From the NCBI GenBank assembly GCA_947623925.1, contig CANQID010000003.1, forward strand, positions 6,728-70,727: a stretch of DNA of 64,000 nucleotides. The letters run 5' to 3'. The position numbers and the translations under genes are program-made. Shown here in pieces: positions 40,618-53,934 of the stretch; the stretch's first letter is position 1, and the number at the start of each line of letters is the position of its first letter. This DNA comes from an uncultured Bacilli bacterium (GTDB lineage Bacteria > Bacillota_I > Bacilli_A > RF39 > UBA660). The notes under the pieces were generated by a model. It ran no database searches and was not told the DNA's origin. It was given only the letters and a program-made list of their open reading frames with translations.

Positions 40618-43062
40618 TTATTCTGCTTCTTCTAATTCATCATCGTGATTTTTATCAACAGTAGCAACAGTTGTTACTTTTTGATTATCTTTTAAATTAA
40701 TCAATTTAACACCTTGTGCTACTCTTCCTGACACAGATACTTGTTCTAGAGGTAATCTAATAATAATTCCATTATCTGTTATTATCATTAAATCTTCATT
40801 TCCATCAACACATTTAAATGAAACAATATTTCCATTTTTTTCTGTAATATTTAATGCTTTAACCCCTTTACTTCCTCTGTGTGTTATTCTATATTCTTCA
40901 ACACTAGTTCTTTTTCCATAACCATTTTCTGTTACTACCAAGACTTGTTGATTCTTATTTGCAATTTCACAACCTACACATATTCCATTTCCTACATCTA
41001 TTCCTCTAACTCCGGAAGCAGTTCTATCCATAACTCTTATTTCATTTTCATCAAATCTGATCATTCTTCCATTAGATGATCCTATAAGAATTTCTTTTTC
41101 ACCATCAGTTTTTCTTGCAAATAATAAATTATCATTTTCCTTTAAAGTTATAGCTATCTTTCCGTTTTTTCTTATATTATCAAATTTTGAAATTCTTGTT
41201 CTCTTAACTAAACCACTTTGTGTACAAAATACAATATATTCATTTTTATCATCTTTTTCAATACACAACATTGAAGTAACAAGTTCTTCTTTTTCAATTG
41301 GTAACAAGTTGATAATAGGTAATCCCTTAGACTGTCTACTGTATTCTGGTATCTCATAACCTTTAATTCTATATACCTTACCTTTATTTGTAAAGAATAA
41401 TATGTAATCATGAGTTTTCATTGGTATTAAATATTTAGCAAAGTCTTCTTCATTAGTTGCCATACCTTTTATTCCAACTCCACCTCTATTCTGAGTTTTA
41501 TATGTTTGACTATTTACTCTTTTAATATATCCTTTATCCGTTAATGTTACTATTATATTTTCTTCTGGTATTAATGATTCATCTTCAATATAATCAATAG
41601 AAGTCATATCTATACTTGTTTTTCTTTCATCTGAATATTTATTTTTTATTTCTGTTAATTCTGCTTTAATCAAATCTAAAACCTTTTGTTCACTAGATAA
41701 AATAGATTTTAATTCTTCTATTAACTTCAACAAATCTGCTAACTCGGATTCTATTTTATCTCTTTCTAATCCCGTTAATCTACGTAACTTTAACTCTAAA
41801 ATGCTATCTGCTTGAATTTCAGTAAATGAAAATCTAGCAATTAATTTTTCCTTTGCTTCTACATCACTTTTTGCGCCCTTTATTATTTTAATTACTTCAT
41901 CTATATTATCAAGAGCAATCTTATAACCTTCTAAAATATGTACTCTTTTTTCTGCTTTATCTAAATCAAATTTTGTCCTTCTTATAATTATTTCTCTTTG
42001 ATAATCAATATATTTAGAAATTATATCTTTTAATGGTAATGTTTTAGGAACACCATTATCAAGCATTAAAAATATAATTCCGTAATTTGTTTGAAAAGCA
42101 GTATGCTTATATAAATTATTCAATACAACTTGAGGATTAGCATCTTTTTTAAGAGTTATTGTAATTTTTACGCCATCTTTTAAATCAGTATGATAATCTG
42201 ATATTCCATCTATTGTTTTTGTATGTACTAATTCTGCTACTTTATTTTTTAATTCCAATGTATTTATGCCATATGGTACTTCATTTATAACAATATAATT
42301 TTTTCCATTTTTTTCTTCTATCGTAGCTCTACTACGTATTGTTATTGTTCCTCTTCCTGTTTCGTAAGCTTTTCTAATACCTGAATTACCTAAAATTATG
42401 CCACCTGTTGGAAAATCTGGACCTTTTATATACTGCATCAATCCTAATGTATCTATATCAGGGTTATCTATATATGCAATACAACCATCGATTACCTCAC
42501 CTAAATTATGTGGCGGTATATTAGTTGCCATACCTACAGCAATACCCATTGTACCATTTACCAAAATGTTTGGAAATTTTGATGGTAAAACTGCAGGTTC
42601 TTTTTCAGATTCATCAAAATTAGGTGTAAAATCTACTGTATCTTTATTTATATCTCTTAATAATTCAAGTGATATTTTTGATAATCTTGATTCTGTATAA
42701 CGCATTGCAGCTGCGCCATAACCTTCAATATTACCAAAATTTCCGTGCCCATCTACCAATGTATATCTATAACTAAAATCTTGAGCCATCCTTACCATTG
42801 CTTCATATATACTAGAATCTCCATGTGGATGGTATTTTCCCATTACATCTCCAACTATTCTAGCACTTTTTTTATGAGGTTTATCTGGTGTATATCCTGA
42901 TTCGTACATTGACCATAAAATTCTACGATGAACAGGTTTTAAACCATCTCTTAAGTCTGGTAATGCTCTTGATACAATTACACTCATTGAATATTCTAGA
43001 AAAGATGTTTCTATTTCATTTACTATGTTGTTTTCCTGTTTTCTATCTCTACTATGATCCAT
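40618..43062 (-). CDS. gyrA: DNA gyrase subunit A
   Basis: YHPHGDS, AAMRYTE, GyrA-box QNRGGVG. Confidence 0.99.
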   Translation of the reverse strand: MDHSRDRKQENNIVNEIETSFLEYSMSVIVSRALPDLRDGLKPVHRRILWSMYESGYTPDKPHKKSARIVGDVMGKYHPHGDSSIYEAMVRMAQDFSYRYTLVDGHGNFGNIEGYGAAAMRYTESRLSKISLELLRDINKDTVDFTPNFDESEKEPAVLPSKFPNILVNGTMGIAVGMATNIPPHNLGEVIDGCIAYIDNPDIDTLGLMQYIKGPDFPTGGIILGNSGIRKAYETGRGTITIRSRATIEEKNGKNYIVINEVPYGINTLELKNKVAELVHTKTIDGISDYHTDLKDGVKITITLKKDANPQVVLNNLYKHTAFQTNYGIIFLMLDNGVPKTLPLKDIISKYIDYQREIIIRRTKFDLDKAEKRVHILEGYKIALDNIDEVIKIIKGAKSDVEAKEKLIARFSFTEIQADSILELKLRRLTGLERDKIESELADLLKLIEELKSILSSEQKVLDLIKAELTEIKNKYSDERKTSIDMTSIDYIEDESLIPEENIIVTLTDKGYIKRVNSQTYKTQNRGGVGIKGMATNEEDFAKYLIPMKTHDYILFFTNKGKVYRIKGYEIPEYSRQSKGLPIINLLPIEKEELVTSMLCIEKDDKNEYIVFCTQSGLVKRTRISKFDNIRKNGKIAITLKENDNLLFARKTDGEKEILIGSSNGRMIRFDENEIRVMDRTASGVRGIDVGNGICVGCEIANKNQQVLVVTENGYGKRTSVEEYRITHRGSKGVKALNITEKNGNIVSFKCVDGNEDLMIITDNGIIIRLPLEQVSVSGRVAQGVKLINLKDNQKVTTVATVDKNHDDELEEAE

Positions 43063-43071
43063 ATTAACCTC

Positions 43072-46108
<3,037 letters not shown>

Positions 46109-46205
46109 AACTATGCCTCTTTTCGTTATTAAATCGCCTATTTTTTAAATTTTCTAAATTTAAATACTCCTATACACACTTAATATTATACCATAAATAT
46201 AGACA

Positions 46206-46238
46206 AAAAAATAGCAAAAATAATATTTTTTGCTATTT
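46206..46238. terminator. Intrinsic terminator after comK
   Basis: AAATAGCAAAAA...TTTTTGCTATTT inverted repeat with A/T tracts. Confidence 0.65.
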
Positions 46239-46249
46239 ATATAACTACT

Positions 46250-46699
46250 TTAAGATATTTTTCTCCTTTTTAATATATTTTCTAATCTTAATGCTCTAAA
46301 TATTTGATTTTCAAATGAAAATATAGATAAATCAAATTCTAAATTTAATCCATTTTTAAAATTTACTAGAACTTTATTATCTTTTTTTGAATAATCATTT
46401 ATATTTTTTAATGATATCCATGAACAATTATTAAATCTAGGAGAACTTGTTGGAAAAAATATTATTTCATTTGTCTCTTCTATTATTATTGGAAGTTTAT
46501 AACTAACCCCTAATAGATTTTTAGACCCTTCATATCTACCATTATATGAACTACCAAAATATTTACAACTATAATTTATTATATCAGACACACTTTTATT
46601 TATAGTTAAAATATTATTATGTTCATATATTTTAGATAAATTTTCATTTAATGGTATTATTGCAAGTGTAGATTTGTTTATTTCATAATTAGTAATCAT
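46250..46699 (-). CDS. comK: Competence transcription factor ComK family protein
   Basis: YEINKSTLAIIP, SCKYFGSSYNGR, KLPII, FFPTSSP...CSWIS, SFENQIFRA match the ComK pattern; RBS GGGAGGTG. Confidence 0.88.
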   Translation of the reverse strand: MITNYEINKSTLAIIPLNENLSKIYEHNNILTINKSVSDIINYSCKYFGSSYNGRYEGSKNLLGVSYKLPIIIEETNEIIFFPTSSPRFNNCSWISLKNINDYSKKDNKVLVNFKNGLNLEFDLSIFSFENQIFRALRLENILKRRKIS

Positions 46700-46811
46700 A
46701 CTTTCACCTCCCTAAATCTAATTTTCCACATAAAAATTAGATTTCCTTTTCTTATACCATTTTTTTCTGCAAAAAATGTTGAATTATGTTTAAATTATTT
46801 AAATTTTAAAA

Positions 46812-46844
46812 AAAAATAGTAAAAATCTTATTATTACTATTTTT
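46812..46844. terminator. Intrinsic terminator after dnaN
   Basis: AAAAATAGTAA...TTACTATTTTT inverted repeat. Confidence 0.6.
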
Positions 46845-46854
46845 ATATTTGTTA

Positions 46855-47976
46855 TTAACCCATTCTTATAGGAACTATTAATTCTATTAAATCATCACTT
46901 TCTGGATTTTTTAATATTATTGGTTTTATTTCTCCATTAAAAAATAATTTTATTTCTTCACAATCAAATGCTTTTAAAGCATCCATCATATATTTTGAAC
47001 TAAATGCAATAGTTATATTTTCGCTTATTTTTTCTAATAAATCTATTTTTTCTGTAACATTTCCTATTTCTGGAATATTACTAGATAAAATTATATTATC
47101 ATTTTCACTTTCTAATTTTACTGTATTTTTATCATTTTCACTAGTAAGCAAACTTGCCCTATCAATTGCACTAAAAAATTCTTGTAAATTAACTTTCATT
47201 TCTATCAAAAATTTATCAGGAATTAAAGAAGTTGTATCAATAAAAGAACCATTAATTAATCTTGACATCATTACAATATCATTAAATTTAAATATAATTT
47301 TATTATTAAATATATGTAATTCTACATCTACACTATCATCTAATAATAAAGATTTTAATTCATTTAAATTTCTTGTAGGAATTATTATATCTATAGATTC
47401 TTCTATTTCTTTATCTAATATTATTATCTTTTTAGATAATCTATATGAATCTGTTGCTGTACACTCCATTTTATTTTTATTAATTTTTATATTAACACCT
47501 GTTAATATTGGTCTAGATTCTTGAGTAGAAGTTGCAAAAATAGTTTGATTTATTATATTTTTTAATACTTTTGTTGGTAAAATAATAGGATTTTGATGTT
47601 CGTCTAAATCTAATTGTGGAAAATCATTTACATCATTACAATTTAATGTGAATGAAGATTTTGATGTTGTGATATATAATTTAAAATCCATTACTTCTTC
47701 TATATTAATTATTTCATTTGGTAGTTTTTTTATAATATCATATATATATCTACCTGAAACTACTATTTCACCACATACTTCAATATTCTCTATTTTATTA
47801 CTAGGTATAAATGTTTTAATAGCTATATCATTATCTGAACTCATTAAATATAATCCTTCGTTAGTAAGTTCAAATTTTATACAATTTAAGATTGGAATTA
47901 AATTTTTTGTAGAAATTCCTCTTATTACATAATTTAAATGTTCCATTAATATTGTTTGTTTAATTTTAAATTTCAT
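46855..47976 (-). CDS. dnaN: DNA polymerase III beta clamp
   Basis: RPILTGV, ATDSYRL, C-terminal LIVPIR. Confidence 0.98.
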   Translation of the reverse strand: MKFKIKQTILMEHLNYVIRGISTKNLIPILNCIKFELTNEGLYLMSSDNDIAIKTFIPSNKIENIEVCGEIVVSGRYIYDIIKKLPNEIINIEEVMDFKLYITTSKSSFTLNCNDVNDFPQLDLDEHQNPIILPTKVLKNIINQTIFATSTQESRPILTGVNIKINKNKMECTATDSYRLSKKIIILDKEIEESIDIIIPTRNLNELKSLLLDDSVDVELHIFNNKIIFKFNDIVMMSRLINGSFIDTTSLIPDKFLIEMKVNLQEFFSAIDRASLLTSENDKNTVKLESENDNIILSSNIPEIGNVTEKIDLLEKISENITIAFSSKYMMDALKAFDCEEIKLFFNGEIKPIILKNPESDDLIELIVPIRMG

Positions 47977-47989
47977 TTTAACACTCCTT

Positions 47990-48113
47990 TTATATTTATT
48001 TTTAATTATTATTTTTATTATTATTGTGGAAACTGTGTAAAAAGTTATTTTTCTTTTAAAATATTACATAAATGATATATTAAAAATATGTTAAAAAATA
48101 ATATTTATCCACT
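47990..48113. other. oriC part 1: unwinding region with tandem DnaA boxes and DnaA-trio-like repeats
   Basis: TGTGGAAAC 48025-48033, TGTGTAAAA 48034-48042, TTATCCACT 48105-48113; TAT trinucleotide run 48007-48024; AT-rich tract. Confidence 0.75.
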
Positions 48114-49467
48114 ATTTTATTTTACTTATTAATTTGTTAATTTCATTTTTAAAATTTTCATCATTAGAGATTTCTTTTTTAATTTTATCTACAGAATGCA
48201 TAACAGTTGTATGATCTTTTCCTCCAAATTCCATTCCTATTTTAGGAAGTGATTCTTCGAGTGCTATTCTACATATGTACATAGCAACTTGTCTTGGAAT
48301 AGATATATTAGAGTTTCTTTTTTTACTTTTCATGTCTTCAACCGTAATATTATAATGTTCTGCTACTATTTGTTGTACTTGTTCAACTTTATTTTTCGAA
48401 ATAATACTTTTAACAAAATAATCTTTTAGAGCTTCTATAGCTAAATCTAATGTTATTTCAGAACCATTCATCATAACAGCATAAGCAGAAACTCTAATAA
48501 TTGCTCCTTCTAGTTTTCTTACATCAGAAGTACAATTACTTGCAATATATTCTTTAACATCTTCTGGAAAAACTGAAGATATGTTATTTACTTCAATTTT
48601 TTTATTAATTATATCCATTCTTAAATCAAAATCTGGGGGTTCTATATCTATAGTTAATCCCCAATTAAATCTTGTTCTAAGGCGTTCTTCTAGTTTATTT
48701 AAATCATCGGGTGATCTGTCAGAAGATATTATTATTTGTTTGTTATTACAATGTAATTCATTAAATGTATTAAAAAATTCTTGTTGTGTTTTATTTGCAA
48801 TTTCTAGATATTGTATATCATCTATCATTAATACATCAATGTCCCTATATTTTTTCTTAAATGAATCAACTTCTTCAAAGTTATTTTCATTTTTATTTTT
48901 TCTATATATATTTATAAAATCTTCGACAAATTTTTCACTTGTTACATATAAAACTTTCATATTTGAGTTTTTTGTTATGTAATTTCCTATAGCATGCATA
49001 AGATGAGTTTTACCAAGTCCACTTTTTCCAAATATAAACAAAGGATTATACATATATCCTGGTTTTTCTGCAACTGCTAACGAAGTAGCTTTAGCAAATT
49101 TATGTTTATTACTTTGTCCTACTACAAAATTATCAAATGTATATTTAGGATCTAGATTAGATTCAAATGGTACTGAAGGAACCCCTATTTCATTAGTATC
49201 TATTGTAATATTATTTTTTAATTCTTCTTCTAAAACATATTCAAAATTAAAATTAGTTCCTGTTATTTCAGTAAATAATTCTACTACTAAATCATTATAA
49301 TTTTCTTTCAAATGTTTTTTGTGAACAGACATAGGAACAAGTACTTTTGCGCAATTTTCATCAAGTGAAATTAATTTCGTATCAGCAAACCATGTATCAA
49401 AATGCATTGGATTAATTTGTTCTTTCATTTTTTCTAAAAATAAATTCCATATATTATCTATATCCAT
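48112..49467 (-). CDS. dnaA: Chromosomal replication initiator DnaA
   Basis: YTFDNFV, NPLFIFGKSGLGKTH, DDIQ, GGKDHTTVMH. Confidence 0.99.
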   Translation of the reverse strand: MDIDNIWNLFLEKMKEQINPMHFDTWFADTKLISLDENCAKVLVPMSVHKKHLKENYNDLVVELFTEITGTNFNFEYVLEEELKNNITIDTNEIGVPSVPFESNLDPKYTFDNFVVGQSNKHKFAKATSLAVAEKPGYMYNPLFIFGKSGLGKTHLMHAIGNYITKNSNMKVLYVTSEKFVEDFINIYRKNKNENNFEEVDSFKKKYRDIDVLMIDDIQYLEIANKTQQEFFNTFNELHCNNKQIIISSDRSPDDLNKLEERLRTRFNWGLTIDIEPPDFDLRMDIINKKIEVNNISSVFPEDVKEYIASNCTSDVRKLEGAIIRVSAYAVMMNGSEITLDLAIEALKDYFVKSIISKNKVEQVQQIVAEHYNITVEDMKSKKRNSNISIPRQVAMYICRIALEESLPKIGMEFGGKDHTTVMHSVDKIKKEISNDENFKNEINKLISKIK

Positions 49468-49556
49468 AAAGTACACCTCTAATAATTAATTAACTATATT
49501 TTACATTAAATTTTATAAAATTTAAACAAATATAACAAAAAAAAAGAAAAAATATT

Positions 49557-49729
49557 TTTTCCACAAAAAAAATGTAATAAAAAAGATTGTATTTAAATAT
49601 TAATTAATAGTTTTAAACATAAATGTTAAAAAAAAATTAACACATGTAAAAATATTAATATAACTTTTCAACATAATATGTGGAAAAATAAAAAATATTA
49701 TGAGATTAATATAAGAAACATGTGGAAAG
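49557..49729. promoter_or_regulatory. oriC part 2: DnaA-box cluster between dnaA and rpmH
   Basis: TTTTCCACA 49557, TTTTCAACA 49665, TGTGGAAAA 49679, TGTGGAAAG 49721; gene strand switch here. Confidence 0.8.
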
Positions 49730-49760
49730 AAATGTTAAAAAACAATATTATAAAAAATTA

Positions 49761-49789
49761 TTGACAAAAATAGTTTTAATCTATATAAT
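49761..49789 (+). promoter_or_regulatory. Consensus SigA promoter of rpmH
   Basis: TTGACA-17 bp-TATAAT. Confidence 0.9.
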
Positions 49790-49832
49790 TATTAAAGCAA
49801 ACGAAAAATTTATGAATTCAGGAGGTGGAATA

Positions 49833-49955
49833 ATGAAAAGAACATTTCAACCAAATAATAGAAAAAGAAGTAAAAAAATGGGTTTTTTAGCACGTATTAA
49901 TACAAAGATGATTAGTTCAAGAAGAAGAAAAGGTCGTAAAGTACTAGCTCATTAA
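49833..49955 (+). CDS. rpmH: 50S ribosomal protein L34 (40 aa)
   Basis: [14 protein letters not shown]...RRRKGRKVL; RBS AGGAGGTG. Confidence 0.97.
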   Translation: MKRTFQPNNRKRSKKMGFLARINTKMISSRRRKGRKVLAH

Positions 49956-49958
49956 TAC

Positions 49959-49983
49959 AACCACTGATATACAGTGGCTTTTT
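49959..49983 (+). terminator. Intrinsic terminator/attenuator after rpmH
   Basis: CCACTG-ATATA-CAGTGG hairpin followed by a T-tract. Confidence 0.75.
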
Positions 49984-50000
49984 ATTATAAAGAGGTAAAT

Positions 50001-50339
50001 ATGAAGAAGATAAATATATTACAAAAGAGTTCAGATTTTGAAAGAATAATTAAAAATAACAAGTCATATAAATATAAAGATTATATAATATATATAGAAA
50101 AAAATGATTCTAATATTTATCATTTTGGAATATCAGTAGGTAAAAAAATAGGAAATGCGGTTACTAGAAATAAAGTTAAAAGACAAATAAAAAATATAAT
50201 TGATAAAAAAAACTATCAAAAAGGATTTAATTGTATTATAATAGTTGGTAAAGGCATTACAGAAAGAACATTTAATGAAATGGAAAATAATTTAATGAAT
50301 GCTTTCAATAATTTAAATATAATAAAAGGAGAAAATTAG
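50001..50339 (+). CDS. rnpA: Ribonuclease P protein component
   Basis: GISVGKKIGNAVTRNKVKR; RBS GAGGT. Confidence 0.95.
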   Translation: MKKINILQKSSDFERIIKNNKSYKYKDYIIYIEKNDSNIYHFGISVGKKIGNAVTRNKVKRQIKNIIDKKNYQKGFNCIIIVGKGITERTFNEMENNLMNAFNNLNIIKGEN

Positions 50340-51275
50340 ATGAAAAAAAACATAAAAAAGGTACTTGCTGTATTTCTTATATTAATTTCACTAACGGGTT
50401 GTTCAACTACTCTAGTAGATGAAAATAAACAAGTAGTAAGAAATCCAGAAACAGGACAAAATTTAACTAAAAACATACTATGCCAACCAGAAAATGATAC
50501 AGTTAGAAAATTATATGTAGATAATGGGGTAGAACTTGATAGTCTGCCAAAATGTAATGAATATAAAATAACATCAGGTGGATATGAAGGAATATGGACT
50601 TCTATATTTGTAAAACCGATTGCATGGGTTATAATAATGCTTGGAAAACTTATTAATAATTATGGTATAGCAATAATATTACTAACTTTAGCAATACGTC
50701 TTATATTATACCCATTAACTAAAAAAACAGCATTACAATCTGAACTTATGAAAAAAGCCCAACCAGAATTAAATAAACTAGAAAAAAAATATAAAAATAA
50801 TCAGTCTCAAGAAGCAATGATGCAAAAATCACAAGAGATGATGCTTATATATAAGAAATATAAGATAAATCCTTTATCTGGATGTATATTTGCTTTTATA
50901 CAAATTCCTCTTTTCTTCGCTTTTTACGAGGCAATGAATAGAGTTCCTGCAATATTTGAAGGAAATTTAATAGGATTTCAACTTGGTACAAGCCCAATGA
51001 CTGCTATAACGAATGGTAAATTTTATTATATTATTTTTGTTATTTTAGTCGTTTTAGCAACTTATTTCTCATTTAAATTAAATAAAACTGCTTCGATAGG
51101 TGAAGATCAAGAAAAACAAATGAAAATGATGACAAATATATCTACTATATTTATAGGTATTGCATCTTTTACGATGTCTACAGCAATAGAACTTTATTGG
51201 ATATTCAATAGTGGATTTACAATTTTACAAAATATAATAGTAAAAAGGAGTAAGAAAAATGATAATGTCATATAG
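50340..51275 (+). CDS. yidC: Membrane protein insertase YidC/SpoIIIJ (lipoprotein)
   Basis: LTGC lipobox, YGIAII..T..IR..L.PL, NPLSGC, QIP, LYW. Confidence 0.95.
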   Translation: MKKNIKKVLAVFLILISLTGCSTTLVDENKQVVRNPETGQNLTKNILCQPENDTVRKLYVDNGVELDSLPKCNEYKITSGGYEGIWTSIFVKPIAWVIIMLGKLINNYGIAIILLTLAIRLILYPLTKKTALQSELMKKAQPELNKLEKKYKNNQSQEAMMQKSQEMMLIYKKYKINPLSGCIFAFIQIPLFFAFYEAMNRVPAIFEGNLIGFQLGTSPMTAITNGKFYYIIFVILVVLATYFSFKLNKTASIGEDQEKQMKMMTNISTIFIGIASFTMSTAIELYWIFNSGFTILQNIIVKRSKKNDNVI

Positions 51276-51873
51276 TTATGAAGGAAAAACAAAAGAAGAA
51301 GCAATCGAAAAATGCATAAATGATTTAAATGTAGAAGAAAATGAATTATACATAAAAGAGAATATTCAAGAAGGTGGTTTATTTAAATCAAAAAAATATC
51401 AAATAACTTGCTATAAAAAACAAGATATAATTGATTACATAAAAAAATATATTAAAAATATTTCAGATGGTATGAAAATTGATATTAAAGCTGAAATAAA
51501 AACAATAAATGATAGTATAAATATAATTTTAGTTTCAGACAAAAATCCTATTTTAATAGGAAAAGAAGGAAAAACATTAAAATCATTAGAAATTTTATTA
51601 AGACAGTCTTTAAAAGTTCAAACTGGTATGAGTATAAAGTTAAATTTAGATATTTCAAATTATAAAGCAAAAAAAGTAAAAAATATGCAATATCAAGTAA
51701 AACAAATAGCAAAAGATGTTTTAAAATCACATGTTGAGGCTAAATTAGATCCAATGAATTCTTATGAAAGAAGAATAGTTCATACATTAATTTCAGAATT
51801 TGATAATTTATGTACAGAAAGTGTTGGAGAAGAACCAAATAGATGTGTTGTTATAAAATATAAAGAAGATTAG
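51259..51873 (+). CDS. jag: Jag/EloR (KhpB) RNA-binding protein
   Basis: Jag_N, KH (LIGKEGKTL), R3H (ERRIVH). Confidence 0.95.
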   Translation: MIMSYSYEGKTKEEAIEKCINDLNVEENELYIKENIQEGGLFKSKKYQITCYKKQDIIDYIKKYIKNISDGMKIDIKAEIKTINDSINIILVSDKNPILIGKEGKTLKSLEILLRQSLKVQTGMSIKLNLDISNYKAKKVKNMQYQVKQIAKDVLKSHVEAKLDPMNSYERRIVHTLISEFDNLCTESVGEEPNRCVVIKYKED

Positions 51874-51971
51874 TCTTCTTTTTATTATAAATTGTAATAT
51901 AAACATGAGTTATATTTACTATAAATTAATTATATGATACAATTTATTTAATTTACAAAAGAGGAAATATT

Positions 51972-52490
51972 ATGAAATTATTATATATAGGAAAACCAAA
52001 TAAACAAGAATTTTTTGAAATAATAGATGAAATACTAAATTCAGAAGAATATCAAAAAAGAAAAAAATATAAACACCATGGAGAAAAAAGCGTATATAAC
52101 CATTGTTTATCAGTTTCAATGAAATCATATAAAATTGCTAAAGTAATGGGAATGGATTATAAAAGTGCTGCTATAGGAGGACTTCTTCATGATTTTTATT
52201 ATAAACCATGGCAAGACAATAAAGAAAAAACACCATTATTAAAAAAACATGGTTTTGTTCATGCAAAAGAAGCATTAATTAATTCAAAAAAAAATTATCC
52301 ACAGTATATGAATAAAAGAGTTGAAAATATAATAGTTAGACATATGTTTCCACTTAATATAACACCACCAAGGTATATAGAAAGTTGGGTTATAACAATT
52401 GTAGATAAATATGTTTCAATGGAAATATTTAAAAAACCATCTAAGTTATTAATGTATGTAGGTATAAAAGTAGGTGAAAAAAATGAATGA
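51972..52490 (+). CDS. HD-domain phosphohydrolase
   Basis: H...GGLLHDFY...H..HA...RHMFP...DK. Confidence 0.88.
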   Translation: MKLLYIGKPNKQEFFEIIDEILNSEEYQKRKKYKHHGEKSVYNHCLSVSMKSYKIAKVMGMDYKSAAIGGLLHDFYYKPWQDNKEKTPLLKKHGFVHAKEALINSKKNYPQYMNKRVENIIVRHMFPLNITPPRYIESWVITIVDKYVSMEIFKKPSKLLMYVGIKVGEKNE

Positions 52491-53835
52491 TACTATTGCA
52501 GCAATCTCAACATCAACAGGAGGTGCAATATCAATAATAAGAGTAAGTGGTGAAGATGCTATAAAAATTACAAATAAAATATTTTCAGGTAAAAATTTAT
52601 TAGAAGTTAATAGTCATACAATTAACTATGGATATATTAAAGAAAACGACAAAATAATAGATGAAGTTTTAGTTAGCGTTATGAAAGAACCAAATACATA
52701 TACTAAAGAAAATATAATAGAAATTAATTGTCATGGTAGTATTGCATCAGTATCAAAAATATTAGAATTATTATTACAAAACGGATGTAGATTAGCAGAA
52801 CCGGGAGAATTTACAAAAAGAGCCTTTTTAAATGGAAGATTAGATTTAATAGAGGCTGAAAGTGTAATGGATATAATAAATTCAAAAACAAATGAATCAC
52901 TTGATTTATCAATAAGACAATTAACAGGTGAAGGAACTAAAATGATATCAAGTTTAAGAGAAAAAATATTATCGTTACTTGCTAATATAGAAGTTAAAAT
53001 TGATTATCCAGAATATGAAGATATAGAAGATGTAACACATAAACAACTATTAAAAGATATAGATAATATACAATTAGAAATGAATAAAATATTAGAAGAA
53101 AGTAAAAATGCAAAAATAATTAAAGATGGCATCACCACATCGATAATAGGAAAAACAAATGTTGGTAAAAGTAGTATTTTAAATATGTTAATAGGAGAAG
53201 AAAAAGCAATTGTAACAAATATTGAAGGAACAACAAGAGATATAGTAGAAGGAAGCATAAACATAGATGGAATAATATTAAACTTAATAGATACGGCAGG
53301 TATTAGAAAAACAGAAGATGTAGTTGAAAATATAGGCGTAAAAAAAAGTCTAGATGCTATAGAAAAGTCAGAACTTATTTTACTAGTATTAGATAATAAT
53401 AGAAAATTAGATGAAACAGAATATGAATTACTAGAAAAGTTAAAAAATAAAAATTATATTATAATTATAAATAAAAATGACTTAAAATCAAATATAAATA
53501 TAGAAAAACTAGATAAAGAAAAAATAGTTTATATAAGTGCTTTAAATAAAGAAGGATTAACAGATTTAAAACAAAAAATAAAAGAAATATTTAATATAAA
53601 TAAAATAAAGACAACAGATATGACATACTTAACAAGTTCAAGAAGCATTGCTCTTTTAAAAGAAGCAATAAATAAAATACCTCAAATAAAAGAAGCAATA
53701 AAAAATAATTTACCAATAGATATGATAGAAATAGATATAAAAGAAATTTGGAATATTTTAGGTAAAATAATAGGAGAAACATATGAAGATGAACTTATAA
53801 ATAAATTATTTAGTCAATTTTGTTTAGGAAAATAA
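52483..53835 (+). CDS. mnmE: tRNA modification GTPase MnmE
   Basis: DTIAAIST, GEFTKRAFLNG, GKTNVGKSS, DTAG, FCLGK. Confidence 0.98.
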   Translation: MNDTIAAISTSTGGAISIIRVSGEDAIKITNKIFSGKNLLEVNSHTINYGYIKENDKIIDEVLVSVMKEPNTYTKENIIEINCHGSIASVSKILELLLQNGCRLAEPGEFTKRAFLNGRLDLIEAESVMDIINSKTNESLDLSIRQLTGEGTKMISSLREKILSLLANIEVKIDYPEYEDIEDVTHKQLLKDIDNIQLEMNKILEESKNAKIIKDGITTSIIGKTNVGKSSILNMLIGEEKAIVTNIEGTTRDIVEGSINIDGIILNLIDTAGIRKTEDVVENIGVKKSLDAIEKSELILLVLDNNRKLDETEYELLEKLKNKNYIIIINKNDLKSNINIEKLDKEKIVYISALNKEGLTDLKQKIKEIFNINKIKTTDMTYLTSSRSIALLKEAINKIPQIKEAIKNNLPIDMIEIDIKEIWNILGKIIGETYEDELINKLFSQFCLGK

Positions 53836-53934
53836 TAATATATTTCTAAATAAAAATTATATTTATATAAGGAATTTTATTTCTTTTTTTTTACTAAAAT
53901 GGTACAATATAATTATGCAGAAAGTAGGTGTGAT

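Noticed and set aside
46109-46184. Possible yaaA remnant or leader peptide before recF (AGGAG present)
   Set aside because: No start codon or open frame follows the RBS-like motif
46745-46855. ComK K-boxes (AAAA-N5-TTTT) upstream of comK or the prepilin
   Set aside because: No clean paired boxes seen, and the motif is uninformative in such AT-rich DNA
49722-49832. Apparent N-terminal extension of L34 (similar extensions on rplP, parA, the prepilin and ftsH)
   Set aside because: Strong RBS sites place the starts downstream; the L34 extension overlaps the rpmH promoter
53869-53892. AAGGAATTTTATTTC motif shared with 59591-59609
   Set aside because: Both follow stop codons and look like simple similar terminators; too short to call a mobile repeat
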